A stretch of DNA of 64,000 nucleotides from an uncultured archaeon (GTDB taxonomy: Archaea > Nanobdellota > Nanobdellia > Pacearchaeales > GW2011-AR1). Under the pieces are notes generated by a model. That model was not told the DNA's origin, did no database searches, and saw only the letters and a list, made by a program, of their open reading frames with translations. The stretch lies in assembly GCA_902385635.1 (NCBI GenBank), contig CABMGN010000002.1, forward strand, positions 82,092 through 146,091. Reading direction: 5' to 3'. Shown in pieces: positions 34,483 through 43,560 of the stretch (positions are counted from its first letter, which is position 1; each line of letters begins with the position of its first letter). The translations under genes were made by a program, and so were the position numbers.

Positions 34483-35715
34483 ATGACAAACTTAAGACAA
34501 AGGCTAAATTCATGGGCTGAAAGACGCCTAGGTAAATGGGCTGTTCAAGAAGTAAATCCCAAACAGCTTGTAGCAGGGGCATTAACTTTAGGATGTCTTG
34601 GAACTGCTTCTCCAGTAGTTGCTGCAGACGAACCAATCATAGTTGGGGGAAGAACTCCTGCCCAAACAACACTAAATGTTACAGCAGAGGACGAGCTTTA
34701 TCACAATAGAGAAGGTGACACTCTTTCGCACTGGTTTTCACTAAACCAAGAAAATAGGGGTTCTTTAATTTTATACGTAGATGACAATCGCCCTATTGAA
34801 GGCCCGGCTACAACTCTTACAAAATTTTCTGGAAGGATTCCTTTCGCAAGAGGACCTTTAGTTGGTTCTGTAGATCCACTTGGACAGATACGTTCTCAAG
34901 GGGATCATGCTGAGGGTATTGACGCAAGAGCAACACTATACGGAGTAGCTACACTTGGTGGTGCTGTTGAGAGAGCAGTAATTGCTGCAGACGGAACTGA
35001 GAACTTTGTTAACCAGGGTTATGGACTTGCAAGAGTCGGACCTGTTGAATTTTCTGCAGCATTCTCAAACAGAAGTGATATTCCTACAAGAACTTCTGGA
35101 ATAGGAACAGCGGGAATTTATTTACCTGTAGGCTTCTTCGTTGGTGGAGGAGTGGAAATGGACGGAGATAATAATGCTTCAGTAAGTTATGTTTTTGGAA
35201 GAGCTGTTGAAAAACCGGGACAGGGAACTGGTTTTAGATTAAGAGGGTTTCATAATGATGCTGGACTTAATACCTTAGAAGGGGTTTTTGCAATGGATTC
35301 CTTAATGGGCCCTGCAGGAATTGCTGCACCGATTAGAGAAGATAATGGTATGGCTCTTGATCATAGAGTATTTGAAAACTGGAATGATGCACACCCAAGA
35401 ATGCCTGATAGAGGAAAAGGGCCAGTAGTTGCGAGGGCAACAAGTACTTGGAATCAACTAGCAAGCTCTGGTTCTGCTGATGTTCTAGGACAAATACCGG
35501 TTGGAGATTACTTAGTAGTACGAGTTGGCGGGAGTTACACCAATCAAACAGTACAAGGAACACCAAGAATACAAACACTTGGACCTAATGCGGGATTTGC
35601 AGTAAATAATGTTGCAGGTATGCTTGACTTTTATGGGTATGCTGGAGCAAATCAGAATCTTAGAAATGGAAGTAGAGATTTTAGATCTATCTTTGGTGTT
35701 TCTGGAAGATTCTAA
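34483..35715 (+). CDS. Secreted Gly/Arg-rich protein with porin-like features (function unknown)
   Basis: Signal-like LVAGALTLGCLGTASPVVA|ADEP. By hand count about 30 Arg versus 5 Lys. Alternating hydrophobic patterns (YLVVRVGGSYTN). C-terminus is ...SIFGVSGRF with a terminal Phe. Confidence 0.5.
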   Translation: MTNLRQRLNSWAERRLGKWAVQEVNPKQLVAGALTLGCLGTASPVVAADEPIIVGGRTPAQTTLNVTAEDELYHNREGDTLSHWFSLNQENRGSLILYVDDNRPIEGPATTLTKFSGRIPFARGPLVGSVDPLGQIRSQGDHAEGIDARATLYGVATLGGAVERAVIAADGTENFVNQGYGLARVGPVEFSAAFSNRSDIPTRTSGIGTAGIYLPVGFFVGGGVEMDGDNNASVSYVFGRAVEKPGQGTGFRLRGFHNDAGLNTLEGVFAMDSLMGPAGIAAPIREDNGMALDHRVFENWNDAHPRMPDRGKGPVVARATSTWNQLASSGSADVLGQIPVGDYLVVRVGGSYTNQTVQGTPRIQTLGPNAGFAVNNVAGMLDFYGYAGANQNLRNGSRDFRSIFGVSGRF

Positions 35716-35788
35716 TTCTGTATTAATTCTAAAGTAACAACATATAGAAAGTTTTATAAATAATTCCTACAAGGTATGACCAAGTAGG

Positions 35789-35926
35789 ATGAAAAACAAA
35801 ATAAGCATTTCTGTTGATGAGGAAACTCTTGATAAGATAGACGAAACTATCTTAAAAAAAAGATTCAGAAATAGATCTCACGCATTTGAGTATGCACTAA
35901 CTAAAGTTTTGGAGACTGAAGAATGA
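35789..35926 (+). CDS. Ribbon-helix-helix (CopG/Arc/MetJ-type) DNA-binding protein, 45 aa
   Basis: My translation gives MKNKISISVDEETLDKIDETILKKRFRNRSHAFEYALTKVLETEE: a beta strand (ISISVDEE) plus two helices. Its stop overlaps the next ATG (ATGA). It is below the ORF-track cut-off. Confidence 0.65.
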   Translation: MKNKISISVDEETLDKIDETILKKRFRNRSHAFEYALTKVLETEE

Positions 35927-36534
35927 AAACACAAACAATACAAGATAGAATGTGTTTGTATATGTGTATAGGAAAAGTTCTTAATAGCATTCCGGGAGTA
36001 AACTTAAAAAATTATCAAATAGGTAATTCAGATGAATCAGAAGTAGTTTTTCATAATGAAGAACAAGAAAGATTAGGGTGGGCTTTTCATTTGTCGAGTG
36101 ATTATGCAGTTGAGATAGAGAAAAAAAGAAGGGTTGGTTCACTATTTACATTAAAACCGGTTATTAGCTTAGAAGAAATTGCAAAGATTGTGGAGAAGGA
36201 GACTGGAATAAAGGGGAATATTTACTCAAGAGAGGAACAGAGCACCCCTGAAGAAGAAAATAATGAGAGAAGAGGATATGTTAAACAAAATTTGTATGTT
36301 CCTGAAAAACAAAGAAAAAAGAAAGAACCTATCCAGAGAGTAAGTTATATGAATAGCTTTGATACTAATTTTTATATTGGAGAGAGACTATTTAGAAAAA
36401 TTCATGAGTTAGTAATTATTCGCGAAAGGGGAACCCCTTTGGGCATTCATCCTTCTTTTTTTGGATTGAATTCGGAGTTTATGTGGGAAGAATTCGCAAA
36501 CTTATCAAGTAAATTAAACGAGGAAAGAAGATGA
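35923..36534 (+). CDS. Hypothetical 203-aa protein, middle gene of the RHH-kinase operon
   Basis: ATGA-type 4-nt overlaps with both flanking genes. No motif recognised. Confidence 0.5.
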   Translation: MKTQTIQDRMCLYMCIGKVLNSIPGVNLKNYQIGNSDESEVVFHNEEQERLGWAFHLSSDYAVEIEKKRRVGSLFTLKPVISLEEIAKIVEKETGIKGNIYSREEQSTPEEENNERRGYVKQNLYVPEKQRKKKEPIQRVSYMNSFDTNFYIGERLFRKIHELVIIRERGTPLGIHPSFFGLNSEFMWEEFANLSSKLNEERR

Positions 36535-38093
36535 CAAAAAACGGCAATATTGTAGTTTCTTCAAGATATAAAGTTGGAAGAAAGATAGGTCAAGGATGTT
36601 GGGGATCGGTGTATGAAGCGAGAGATGTTGATTTAGAGCAGAATGTTGCGGTTAAGGTTCTCGAGCCAACAGAAATTGCACAGAAGCAAATGAAAAAAAG
36701 GAACATTGACGAACTTCGTGCAGTAGCGAAAGAAGCAGGAAAACTTGAAGCGTGTTCTAATGTGGTACCAAGAAGACTTGAGTTTGATGATAATAGAACA
36801 CCTTTTTTAGTAATGCCTGTTTATGAATCATTTTTATCTGATGAGTTAAGAGATGACTGGAATGTAAGACCTAAACTAAGTAAAGGGCTGACTCTTGAAA
36901 GAGTTTTAGGAATAGCTAAAGACGTTGCAAAAGGACTTTATGAGATGCACTCACAAATAGGCAGAGCACACGGAGATATAAAGGCAGATAATATCGCTGT
37001 GGATCCTCATAGAAAATGTTTACTAAATGATCTTGGAACTTCTACTTGTATAAACCTTCTTAATTTAGAGAAGGAAGGAAGTGGAGCAAGAGGATTTGTT
37101 TATACACGTGCACCAGAATGTTTTAGTGATGATACACCCCCAACAGCAAGATCAGATGTATGGGGCTTTGGCTCTTTGTTCTATAGAACACTAACTGGAG
37201 AGTATATCTTAGAAAGAGAGATTAATGAAAGCGGATCCCCTGAAGATTTTTTTGCTAAAAATTCATCTAGACAGATAGATCAGTTGATCAGAAAAAAGAT
37301 AAGAAAAGCTCCAAGAAAGATGAGGGGTTTATTGAGAAGTACCCTAGCATATGATCCATACAAAAGACTTCATGACGGAAGTGAACTAGAAGATGCTGTT
37401 GAACATACAATAGATATTGCAACAAGTTCTAAATCTTTTTGGAGAAAAATGAAAACTGTGGGGGTGGCTGCTTTGATGTTAGGCTTAGTTGGATTGACTG
37501 TAACTCTAGCTAATAGACATGAACCAAAGGATTTAAGGGTTCCAGAAGTAGAAAGGAAAGAGTATCAAGAAATAAGGCAGTATAGAGGAGAAATGTCTCT
37601 AGTAAGTGAAGGTTTTTCTTCTAGATACAAAAGATTTCCATACATTGAGAAAGGAGACTTGTCCATGATAAAAGTTTCTTCGGGGAATAATCAGAATGTT
37701 GCTTATTTCTTAAAATCTTATTTTGAGGTTGTAAGGGGGCTACACATAAATAGATCATTACAGCTTTATAATGAAAATCAGTTTAGTCTCTTCCATGCAT
37801 ATTCTCCTCCCTCAAGTGCTGGGCCGAGGGCCAATACGGAGTATGATATTATTGCAAAAAATATCGAAGTTGCTCTTTCAAGGAGTAGGGTTGATTCAAG
37901 TAGAGTAGATTTAGAAGATGTATGTGCTATTGCAAGAGTTGGGGAGGGTGTTGTAAACGATGCAAGGAGGGCTACTGGAAGTTGGGATTATTCTATCTAT
38001 AGAAATGCACGGGATGCCAATGGAAAGAGCATTATCCCCCCATTTGATAGGGTTTTTATAGAACACTGGATAACGCAAGTCCAACAGAGATAA
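36531..38093 (+). CDS. Membrane-spanning Hanks-type Ser/Thr protein kinase with unknown C-terminal ectodomain
   Basis: G-loop GQGCWGSVY, VAVKVL (Lys), catalytic loop HGDIKADNIAV, DLG (for DFG), APE in TRAPECF, and DVWGFGSLFY. TM VGVAALMLGLVGLTVTLA is followed by about 190 aa. Confidence 0.8.
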   Translation: MTKNGNIVVSSRYKVGRKIGQGCWGSVYEARDVDLEQNVAVKVLEPTEIAQKQMKKRNIDELRAVAKEAGKLEACSNVVPRRLEFDDNRTPFLVMPVYESFLSDELRDDWNVRPKLSKGLTLERVLGIAKDVAKGLYEMHSQIGRAHGDIKADNIAVDPHRKCLLNDLGTSTCINLLNLEKEGSGARGFVYTRAPECFSDDTPPTARSDVWGFGSLFYRTLTGEYILEREINESGSPEDFFAKNSSRQIDQLIRKKIRKAPRKMRGLLRSTLAYDPYKRLHDGSELEDAVEHTIDIATSSKSFWRKMKTVGVAALMLGLVGLTVTLANRHEPKDLRVPEVERKEYQEIRQYRGEMSLVSEGFSSRYKRFPYIEKGDLSMIKVSSGNNQNVAYFLKSYFEVVRGLHINRSLQLYNENQFSLFHAYSPPSSAGPRANTEYDIIAKNIEVALSRSRVDSSRVDLEDVCAIARVGEGVVNDARRATGSWDYSIYRNARDANGKSIIPPFDRVFIEHWITQVQQR

Positions 38094-39014
38094 TTATTTG
38101 TAATCTTTTTCTATGATTTGAATTAAAATTGGGCTTGCACCTATCTGAACTAACCTAAAAAGTTCTCGAATATAAGAAAGAGCGGGATTCATTTTTCCTC
38201 TTCCATTAGTCAGCGCTTCTATGCACTTCCCAAATTGATATTTCTTTTTATCTGCATTTATTTTGTGAATATAAAGTATGTTTTTCTCGGTGTAAGCTTT
38301 CTCGTATAGCATAAAATACTCTTTTAGAGAATTCAGTAAGGATAAAATCTCTTTTTTATCCTGGATTCTATTCTCTTTAAGATATTCATATAAATAGAAG
38401 TAAGCGTGATTTATGTGCATTAAGAATGTTAACATCTCCCACTCTATTGTTGCATCTAGTTCTTGTTTTTCTTTAGTGAGAATTCTTCTGCAGAATAGAA
38501 TAAATTTATCTCCATTTCGCTTAGATTCTCGAATCTCGTCTAGATTTTGAAATTTACCTGATTCAAAATCTTCTATAACTAAATCTTGAACCTCTTTGAT
38601 TATAAGAAAAACCTTCAAAAGAAGAGCCTCGTATTTTTGACCGGTTGGTTCGGAAATATTCTCAATAGTACATCTAGTATCTGTTTTAGAAGTTATTTCA
38701 AATCCGAGAAGTAATTCTTCTACTATTTTCTTAACTCTTTTGTGAAATTCCTTATCTAATCCTTCTAGATGAATAGCATCAAATCCTCTTCGGTATAAAT
38801 GTGTTAAGATGACTTCTATATCTTCTCTGTTATCGGGGTTTATCTTGAATAATTTTTCCTTTCTCTTTCTTACTTCTGTTGAAAAAACTAGGCTGTTCTT
38901 AGATTCTTCAACTCCGATTAGGTCTCCTTCCTTCAGTCCTTTCTGAGTAACCCACTTCTTAGGCAAATAAACAGTGTAACCCCCACTTCCTTGCCTTATT
39001 ATTTTTCTTTCCAT
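38094..39014 (-). CDS. AbrB/SpoVT-domain + PhoU-like regulator
   Basis: N-terminal swapped-hairpin motif IRQGSGGYTVYLPKKWVTQKGLKEGDLIGV. The helical C-terminal roughly 200 aa are consistent with archaeal PhoU-type regulators. Confidence 0.55.
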   Translation of the reverse strand: MERKIIRQGSGGYTVYLPKKWVTQKGLKEGDLIGVEESKNSLVFSTEVRKRKEKLFKINPDNREDIEVILTHLYRRGFDAIHLEGLDKEFHKRVKKIVEELLLGFEITSKTDTRCTIENISEPTGQKYEALLLKVFLIIKEVQDLVIEDFESGKFQNLDEIRESKRNGDKFILFCRRILTKEKQELDATIEWEMLTFLMHINHAYFYLYEYLKENRIQDKKEILSLLNSLKEYFMLYEKAYTEKNILYIHKINADKKKYQFGKCIEALTNGRGKMNPALSYIRELFRLVQIGASPILIQIIEKDYK

Positions 39015-39115
39015 ATCACTGGATAAATTAGTGGTTTTTAAGTTTTTCTATTTTTGATATCAGTAATATCATTAATATCAGAAAGATATTAAAAAATAAA
39101 TGTTAGTATTTTTGT

Positions 39116-40264
39116 ATGACACTTGATAAGACAACTAAGATACTTGCGTGGCTTGCAGGGATAGTTATCATAGCAATAATTTTACTTGTAGTCTTCGGAA
39201 ATGGAAGTCCAACAGGGAATGTTATTGATTCAGGAACAGGCCCAATCAAGATTGGATTAATTAGTCCGTTAACTGGAAGCGCAGCAAGCATAGGAATTGC
39301 AAATAAAAATGCTGTAGAGTTAGCAGTCAAAGAGGTAAATGATGAGGGAGGAATTAATGGGAGACCATTACAATTAATAGTTGAAGATTCTAAAAATGTG
39401 GATCCTAAGGAAGCAACAACTGCTATGCAGAAGTTAGTGAATGTTGACAAAGTTACTGCTGTTTTCAATGTAGGTTCGGGAGCAACTCTTGCTTCTCACC
39501 CGGTGGCTGAGGCCGGAAAAGTGATTCATTTTGGTATTGCATCTAATCCTAAAATAAGCGATGCTGGAGATTACTTATTTAGAGCGTGTCCTTCTGATGA
39601 TTATGCAGGAAAGGTTGCTGCAAAGTATATTAAGGAAACTATGAAAATTAACAAGGTAGCTGTACTAAAATGTGATAATGACTGGTGTACTGGTTTAGCT
39701 GATGCATTTGTTCAGTCGTACACTGCTCTTGGTGGAGAAGTTTTAATTCAAGAACAAATAAAGGTTGATACTGCTGATGCAAGAACAGAGCTTTCTAAGA
39801 TTAAAGAAACAAATCCAGAGCTAGTATACTTCACAGGATATCCTGGAGAGACTATTACAGTATTCAAACAAGCTAAAGAACTTGGCATAAGTGTTCCATT
39901 CTTCGGCGGAGATGCTTGGACAGATGAGAGTATAGCAAAAGAAACTCAGGGCACAGTTGGGAAAGTTTATTTCACAACACCTTCTTCAAGCTACTCAAGT
40001 GAGTTTGCAGAGAAGATTGGAGGAAATGTTGCTATTGGGGCAGCTGAGTCTTACGATTCGATTCACATAGTTGCACAAGTAATGAGAAAGGTTGGAACAA
40101 ATACTGAAAAGATAAAAGATGAATTATATAAAGTAAGAAACTACCACGGACAGAGTGGAATAATCGGCATCGATGCAAAGGGGGATCTTCTAGGGGGCGC
40201 TCTAGATATCAAAACACTTCAGGGAGGAAAGATCGTCGATTACGCTAAGGGTGTAACTGCATAA
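39116..40264 (+). CDS. livK: Branched-chain amino acid ABC transporter substrate-binding protein (LivK/LivJ family)
   Basis: N-terminal anchor followed by IKIGLISPLTGSAASIGIANKNAVELAVKEVNDEGGINGRPLQLIVEDSK, the type I periplasmic binding fold signature. Confidence 0.8.
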   Translation: MTLDKTTKILAWLAGIVIIAIILLVVFGNGSPTGNVIDSGTGPIKIGLISPLTGSAASIGIANKNAVELAVKEVNDEGGINGRPLQLIVEDSKNVDPKEATTAMQKLVNVDKVTAVFNVGSGATLASHPVAEAGKVIHFGIASNPKISDAGDYLFRACPSDDYAGKVAAKYIKETMKINKVAVLKCDNDWCTGLADAFVQSYTALGGEVLIQEQIKVDTADARTELSKIKETNPELVYFTGYPGETITVFKQAKELGISVPFFGGDAWTDESIAKETQGTVGKVYFTTPSSSYSSEFAEKIGGNVAIGAAESYDSIHIVAQVMRKVGTNTEKIKDELYKVRNYHGQSGIIGIDAKGDLLGGALDIKTLQGGKIVDYAKGVTA

Positions 40265-40285
40265 TTCTTAGATCTGTAAACCATC

Positions 40286-41167
40286 ATGTCTTTCTTTGCT
40301 CAATTAACTCTAAATGGATTAATTGCAGGTTCAATTTATGCGTTGATAGCTGTTGGGTTTTCTCTAATCTATAGTACAAATAAGATAATGCACTTTGCCC
40401 ACGGCATAGCTATTGCACTATCTGCGTACATCTTATTTGAATCCCTATCTGTTCTAAAGGTTGGTTTATTTAATGCAATTATCTTTACTCTAATTCTCGC
40501 TGTTTTATTCGGGTTATTTACCTATAATGTTATTTACCTACCCCTAAGAAAGAAAAAAGCTTCAAACGTTATTTTGATTATTGCCTCTTTAGCTCTTTTA
40601 GTCTTATTTGAGAATGTTATCCAGCTTGTTTTTGGAAGTGATGTTAAGACAGTAAAATATTTTGAATCGTGGAGTAGTGTAAATATCTTTGGAGCAATTG
40701 TAACACCTGTTCAGATCATAATTGTAATTGCAGCTATTTGCCTTCTTGTAGCTCTTTACTTTATTATGAAAAAGACAACTATTGGAAGAAACATGAGGGC
40801 TGTTGCAGACAATAGAGAACTAGCAAGTATATCTGGAATTAATGAAAGAAGAGTTGCTAATTACTCTTTTGTTATTGGCTCTGTTCTTGCTGGAATTGCG
40901 GGTATTCTTCTTGGGCTTGAGCAAACAATCTTACCTAGTATGGGAACAGGTTTAGTTATCAAGGGTTTTACTGGAGCGATCATTGGGGGTATTGGTTCTG
41001 TACCTGCATCTATACTGGGAAGCTATATACTGGGCTTTGCAGAAAATTACGGAATTATGTTCTTGCCTTCGGGGTACAAGGAAGCAATTGCTTTTGTTTT
41101 GCTTTTCATATTCTTACTATTCAAACCAACCGGATTGTTTGGAAAGAATAAGGGGGCAAGATGTTAG
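40286..41167 (+). CDS. livH: Branched-chain amino acid ABC transporter permease LivH
   Basis: LNGLIAGSIYALIAVGFSLIYS N-terminal signature. MRAVADNRELASISGIN loop. Polytopic. Confidence 0.8.
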   Translation: MSFFAQLTLNGLIAGSIYALIAVGFSLIYSTNKIMHFAHGIAIALSAYILFESLSVLKVGLFNAIIFTLILAVLFGLFTYNVIYLPLRKKKASNVILIIASLALLVLFENVIQLVFGSDVKTVKYFESWSSVNIFGAIVTPVQIIIVIAAICLLVALYFIMKKTTIGRNMRAVADNRELASISGINERRVANYSFVIGSVLAGIAGILLGLEQTILPSMGTGLVIKGFTGAIIGGIGSVPASILGSYILGFAENYGIMFLPSGYKEAIAFVLLFIFLLFKPTGLFGKNKGARC

Positions 41168-42030
41168 ACGCGTACCTCATTCACTTGTTAATTATCATTT
41201 GTATCTATATTATCCTAGCTGTAAGTCTTAACCTAGTAATAGGAAATACAGGTTATCTAAATCTTAGTCATCTTGCATTGTTTGGTATTGGTGCTTATGT
41301 TTCAGTGTTACTAAACATGAACGGAGTTCCATTTATTTTTTCTTTTATTATTGCAGGCTTAGCGGCAGCTTTTTGTGGTTTTTTACTTATATTAGCTACA
41401 AAAAATCTTAAGGGAGATTATTACGCACTAGCAACTCTCGGGTTTAGTTTTGTAATGTTCTCCCTTGCCACTAACCTGAAAATAACCAGAGGTCCTATGG
41501 GAATCCCTGGAATTCCAAGGCCAGAAATATTTGGGTATGTGTTTCAATCAAACACTAGTTTCTTAATTCTTACTGCAGCAGTAGTTTTCATTACTATCTT
41601 TTTTATCTACAGTTTAGTAAAATCTCCATTTGGAAGATTAGTTGGAGCTATGAGGGATGATGAGATGAATTTGAAAGTTTTGGGAAAAAACACTAACAAG
41701 CTAAAATACAAAGTAATAGCAATCTCAGGTTTCTTCGCGGGAATTGTTGGTTCTTTAGATGCGCACTATATATCCTTCATTAATCCGGCACTTCTTAGTA
41801 TACAAGGTTTAATTTTTGTTCTAACAATTGTAATAATCGGGGGAATAGCTTCTATAGAAGGGAGTATAATTGCTGCATTCATTTTAGTTTTACTTCCAGA
41901 AGCACTGAAGTTTTTTAGCCTTCCAACAGAAGTTCTCGGACCGGTTAGACAGATAATTTACGCGCTTGCACTGATTCTCATAATTATGTACAAACCAAAA
42001 GGACTATTCGGGAGGATTGATTTAGAATGA
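41161..42030 (+). CDS. livM: Branched-chain amino acid ABC transporter permease LivM
   Basis: LNLVIGNTGYLNLSHLALFGIGAY signature and MRDDEMNLKVLGKN loop. Overlaps livH by 7 nt. Confidence 0.8.
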   Translation: MLDAYLIHLLIIICIYIILAVSLNLVIGNTGYLNLSHLALFGIGAYVSVLLNMNGVPFIFSFIIAGLAAAFCGFLLILATKNLKGDYYALATLGFSFVMFSLATNLKITRGPMGIPGIPRPEIFGYVFQSNTSFLILTAAVVFITIFFIYSLVKSPFGRLVGAMRDDEMNLKVLGKNTNKLKYKVIAISGFFAGIVGSLDAHYISFINPALLSIQGLIFVLTIVIIGGIASIEGSIIAAFILVLLPEALKFFSLPTEVLGPVRQIIYALALILIIMYKPKGLFGRIDLE

Positions 42031-42764
42031 AGCACATATTGAAGGCAACTAATTTAGAAAAGAACTTTGGGGGGATCAAAGCTCTAGATAATTGTAGTCT
42101 TGACATAGAACGGGGAAAGATTACTGCTATTATAGGACCAAACGGGAGTGGAAAGTCAACTTTATTCAACGCAATATCTCATCTTATCCACCTAGACTCG
42201 GGAAGTATCTTGCTAAACGAGAAAGAAATTGTTAAAAAAAAGGATTTTGAAATTGCAAGGAGGGGTATTTCAAGAACATTCCAGCAGGTAAGATTATTTA
42301 AGAATCTAACAATAAAAGATCACATACTCATCGCCCTATCTGATTCTGATGAGAAGCTAGTTGGTAGTTTATTTGGAAATGAGAAGTACAACGAAGAAAA
42401 AGTTGATGATATTCTTGCAAGAGTTGGTCTTGAGAAGGATGTTAATACTTATGCATCTGATTTGAGTTACGGACAGAGAAAACTTTTAGATCTTGCCTTA
42501 GCTCTAGCTAAACCGCACGATATTTTAATGTTGGACGAACCTGTCGCAGGGGTAAACCCAAAATTAAGAGAGCAAATAAAAGAAATACTCAAAAAATTGA
42601 ATAAGGAAGGAGAGACTATTCTTCTTATTGAGCATGATATGAATTTTGTAATGAAGCTCGTTGATTTTATTTATGTTTTAGATCAGGGAAAAGTTATTGC
42701 AAAAGGAAAACCAAAAGCAATTCAGAGTAATAAACAAGTGCTGGAGGCATATTTAGGAGAATGA
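42027..42764 (+). CDS. livG: ABC transporter ATP-binding protein LivG
   Basis: Walker A GPNGSGKST, signature LSYGQRKLL, Walker B ILMLDEP, H-loop IEHDM. Ends with LEAYLG. Confidence 0.85.
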   Translation: MKHILKATNLEKNFGGIKALDNCSLDIERGKITAIIGPNGSGKSTLFNAISHLIHLDSGSILLNEKEIVKKKDFEIARRGISRTFQQVRLFKNLTIKDHILIALSDSDEKLVGSLFGNEKYNEEKVDDILARVGLEKDVNTYASDLSYGQRKLLDLALALAKPHDILMLDEPVAGVNPKLREQIKEILKKLNKEGETILLIEHDMNFVMKLVDFIYVLDQGKVIAKGKPKAIQSNKQVLEAYLGE

Positions 42765-43477
42765 AACCAATTTTAGAAATTGAAAAGTTAGACGCAGGAT
42801 ACAATTCACTGAAAGTTTTAGAAGATGTTGACATGTTCTTAGATAAAAAAGAGATTGTTGCAATAATTGGACCGAACGGAGCGGGAAAGAGTACTGTAAT
42901 AAAAGCTATTTTCGGGATTGCAAATCAGACAGGCGGAAAGATTGTTCTAAATGGAAAAGACATCTCTACACTAAAAACACACGAACTCATCAAGGAGGGT
43001 GTTTGCTATGTAAATCAGGGCAGAGTTATATTCGGAGATTTAAGTGTAAAAGAAAATCTAGAGATTGGAACGAGATTAGAGAAAGATAAGAAAGAGTTGA
43101 ATAAAAGGTTAGAAGAAGTTTATCAAAGATTTCCGATACTAAAAGAAAGAGCAAAAGAGTCTGCTTACACCTTAAGTGGCGGACAGCAGCAAATGCTTGC
43201 ACTTGGAAGAGCACTAATGCAAAAACCAAAAGTGTTGCTTCTTGATGAGCCTTCGCTAGGATTAAGCCCAAAACTACAGAAAGAAATTTTCCAGATAATC
43301 AAGGATCTCAGAGATGAAGGGATTTCTATAATGATTGTAGAGCAGAACGCAAAAAAGGCTATTGAGATTGCAGACAGAACTTATCTTCTAGAAAATGGGA
43401 AAGTAGCTCTTGTTGGGAAAGGAAAGGACTTATTACGGAATAAGAAAATTAAACAAATTTATTTGGGGGGCGCTTAG
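42761..43477 (+). CDS. livF: ABC transporter ATP-binding protein LivF
   Basis: Walker A GPNGAGKST, signature LSGGQQQML, Walker B LLLDEPS, VEQN. Ends with IYLGG. Confidence 0.85.
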   Translation: MKPILEIEKLDAGYNSLKVLEDVDMFLDKKEIVAIIGPNGAGKSTVIKAIFGIANQTGGKIVLNGKDISTLKTHELIKEGVCYVNQGRVIFGDLSVKENLEIGTRLEKDKKELNKRLEEVYQRFPILKERAKESAYTLSGGQQQMLALGRALMQKPKVLLLDEPSLGLSPKLQKEIFQIIKDLRDEGISIMIVEQNAKKAIEIADRTYLLENGKVALVGKGKDLLRNKKIKQIYLGGA

Positions 43478-43560
43478 GCAAGGGAATATCCCTCTTTGTA
43501 ACTATTTCATAGGAATAACATAAAGAAAGGTTTATAAACTGTTTTTCTGAACTTAACTCT

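Noticed and set aside
39103-39468. Track ORF (-, 121 aa) overlapping livK, and the similar antisense or out-of-frame ORFs within known genes. These are 939-1145, 7091-7354, 7355-7675, 12877-13068, 13980-14189, 15513-15785, 16442-16666, 16904-17179, 17622-17903, 18551-18751, 20004-20248, 20518-20709, 26941-27171, 27432-27740, 30539-30763, 31348-31578, 32974-33171, 35333-35578, 40983-41231, 41984-42169, 43026-43271, 47074-47328, 47655-47885, 49525-49848, 50963-51172, 52352-52612, 52662-52856, 57052-57396, 57490-57840, 59485-59667, 61124-61456, 62396-62578 and 62904-63161
   Set aside because: Each lies largely or wholly within (or, for 16442-16666, across the junction of) a gene with strong family motifs on the other strand or in another frame. 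Their products are low-complexity and typical of shadow ORFs.
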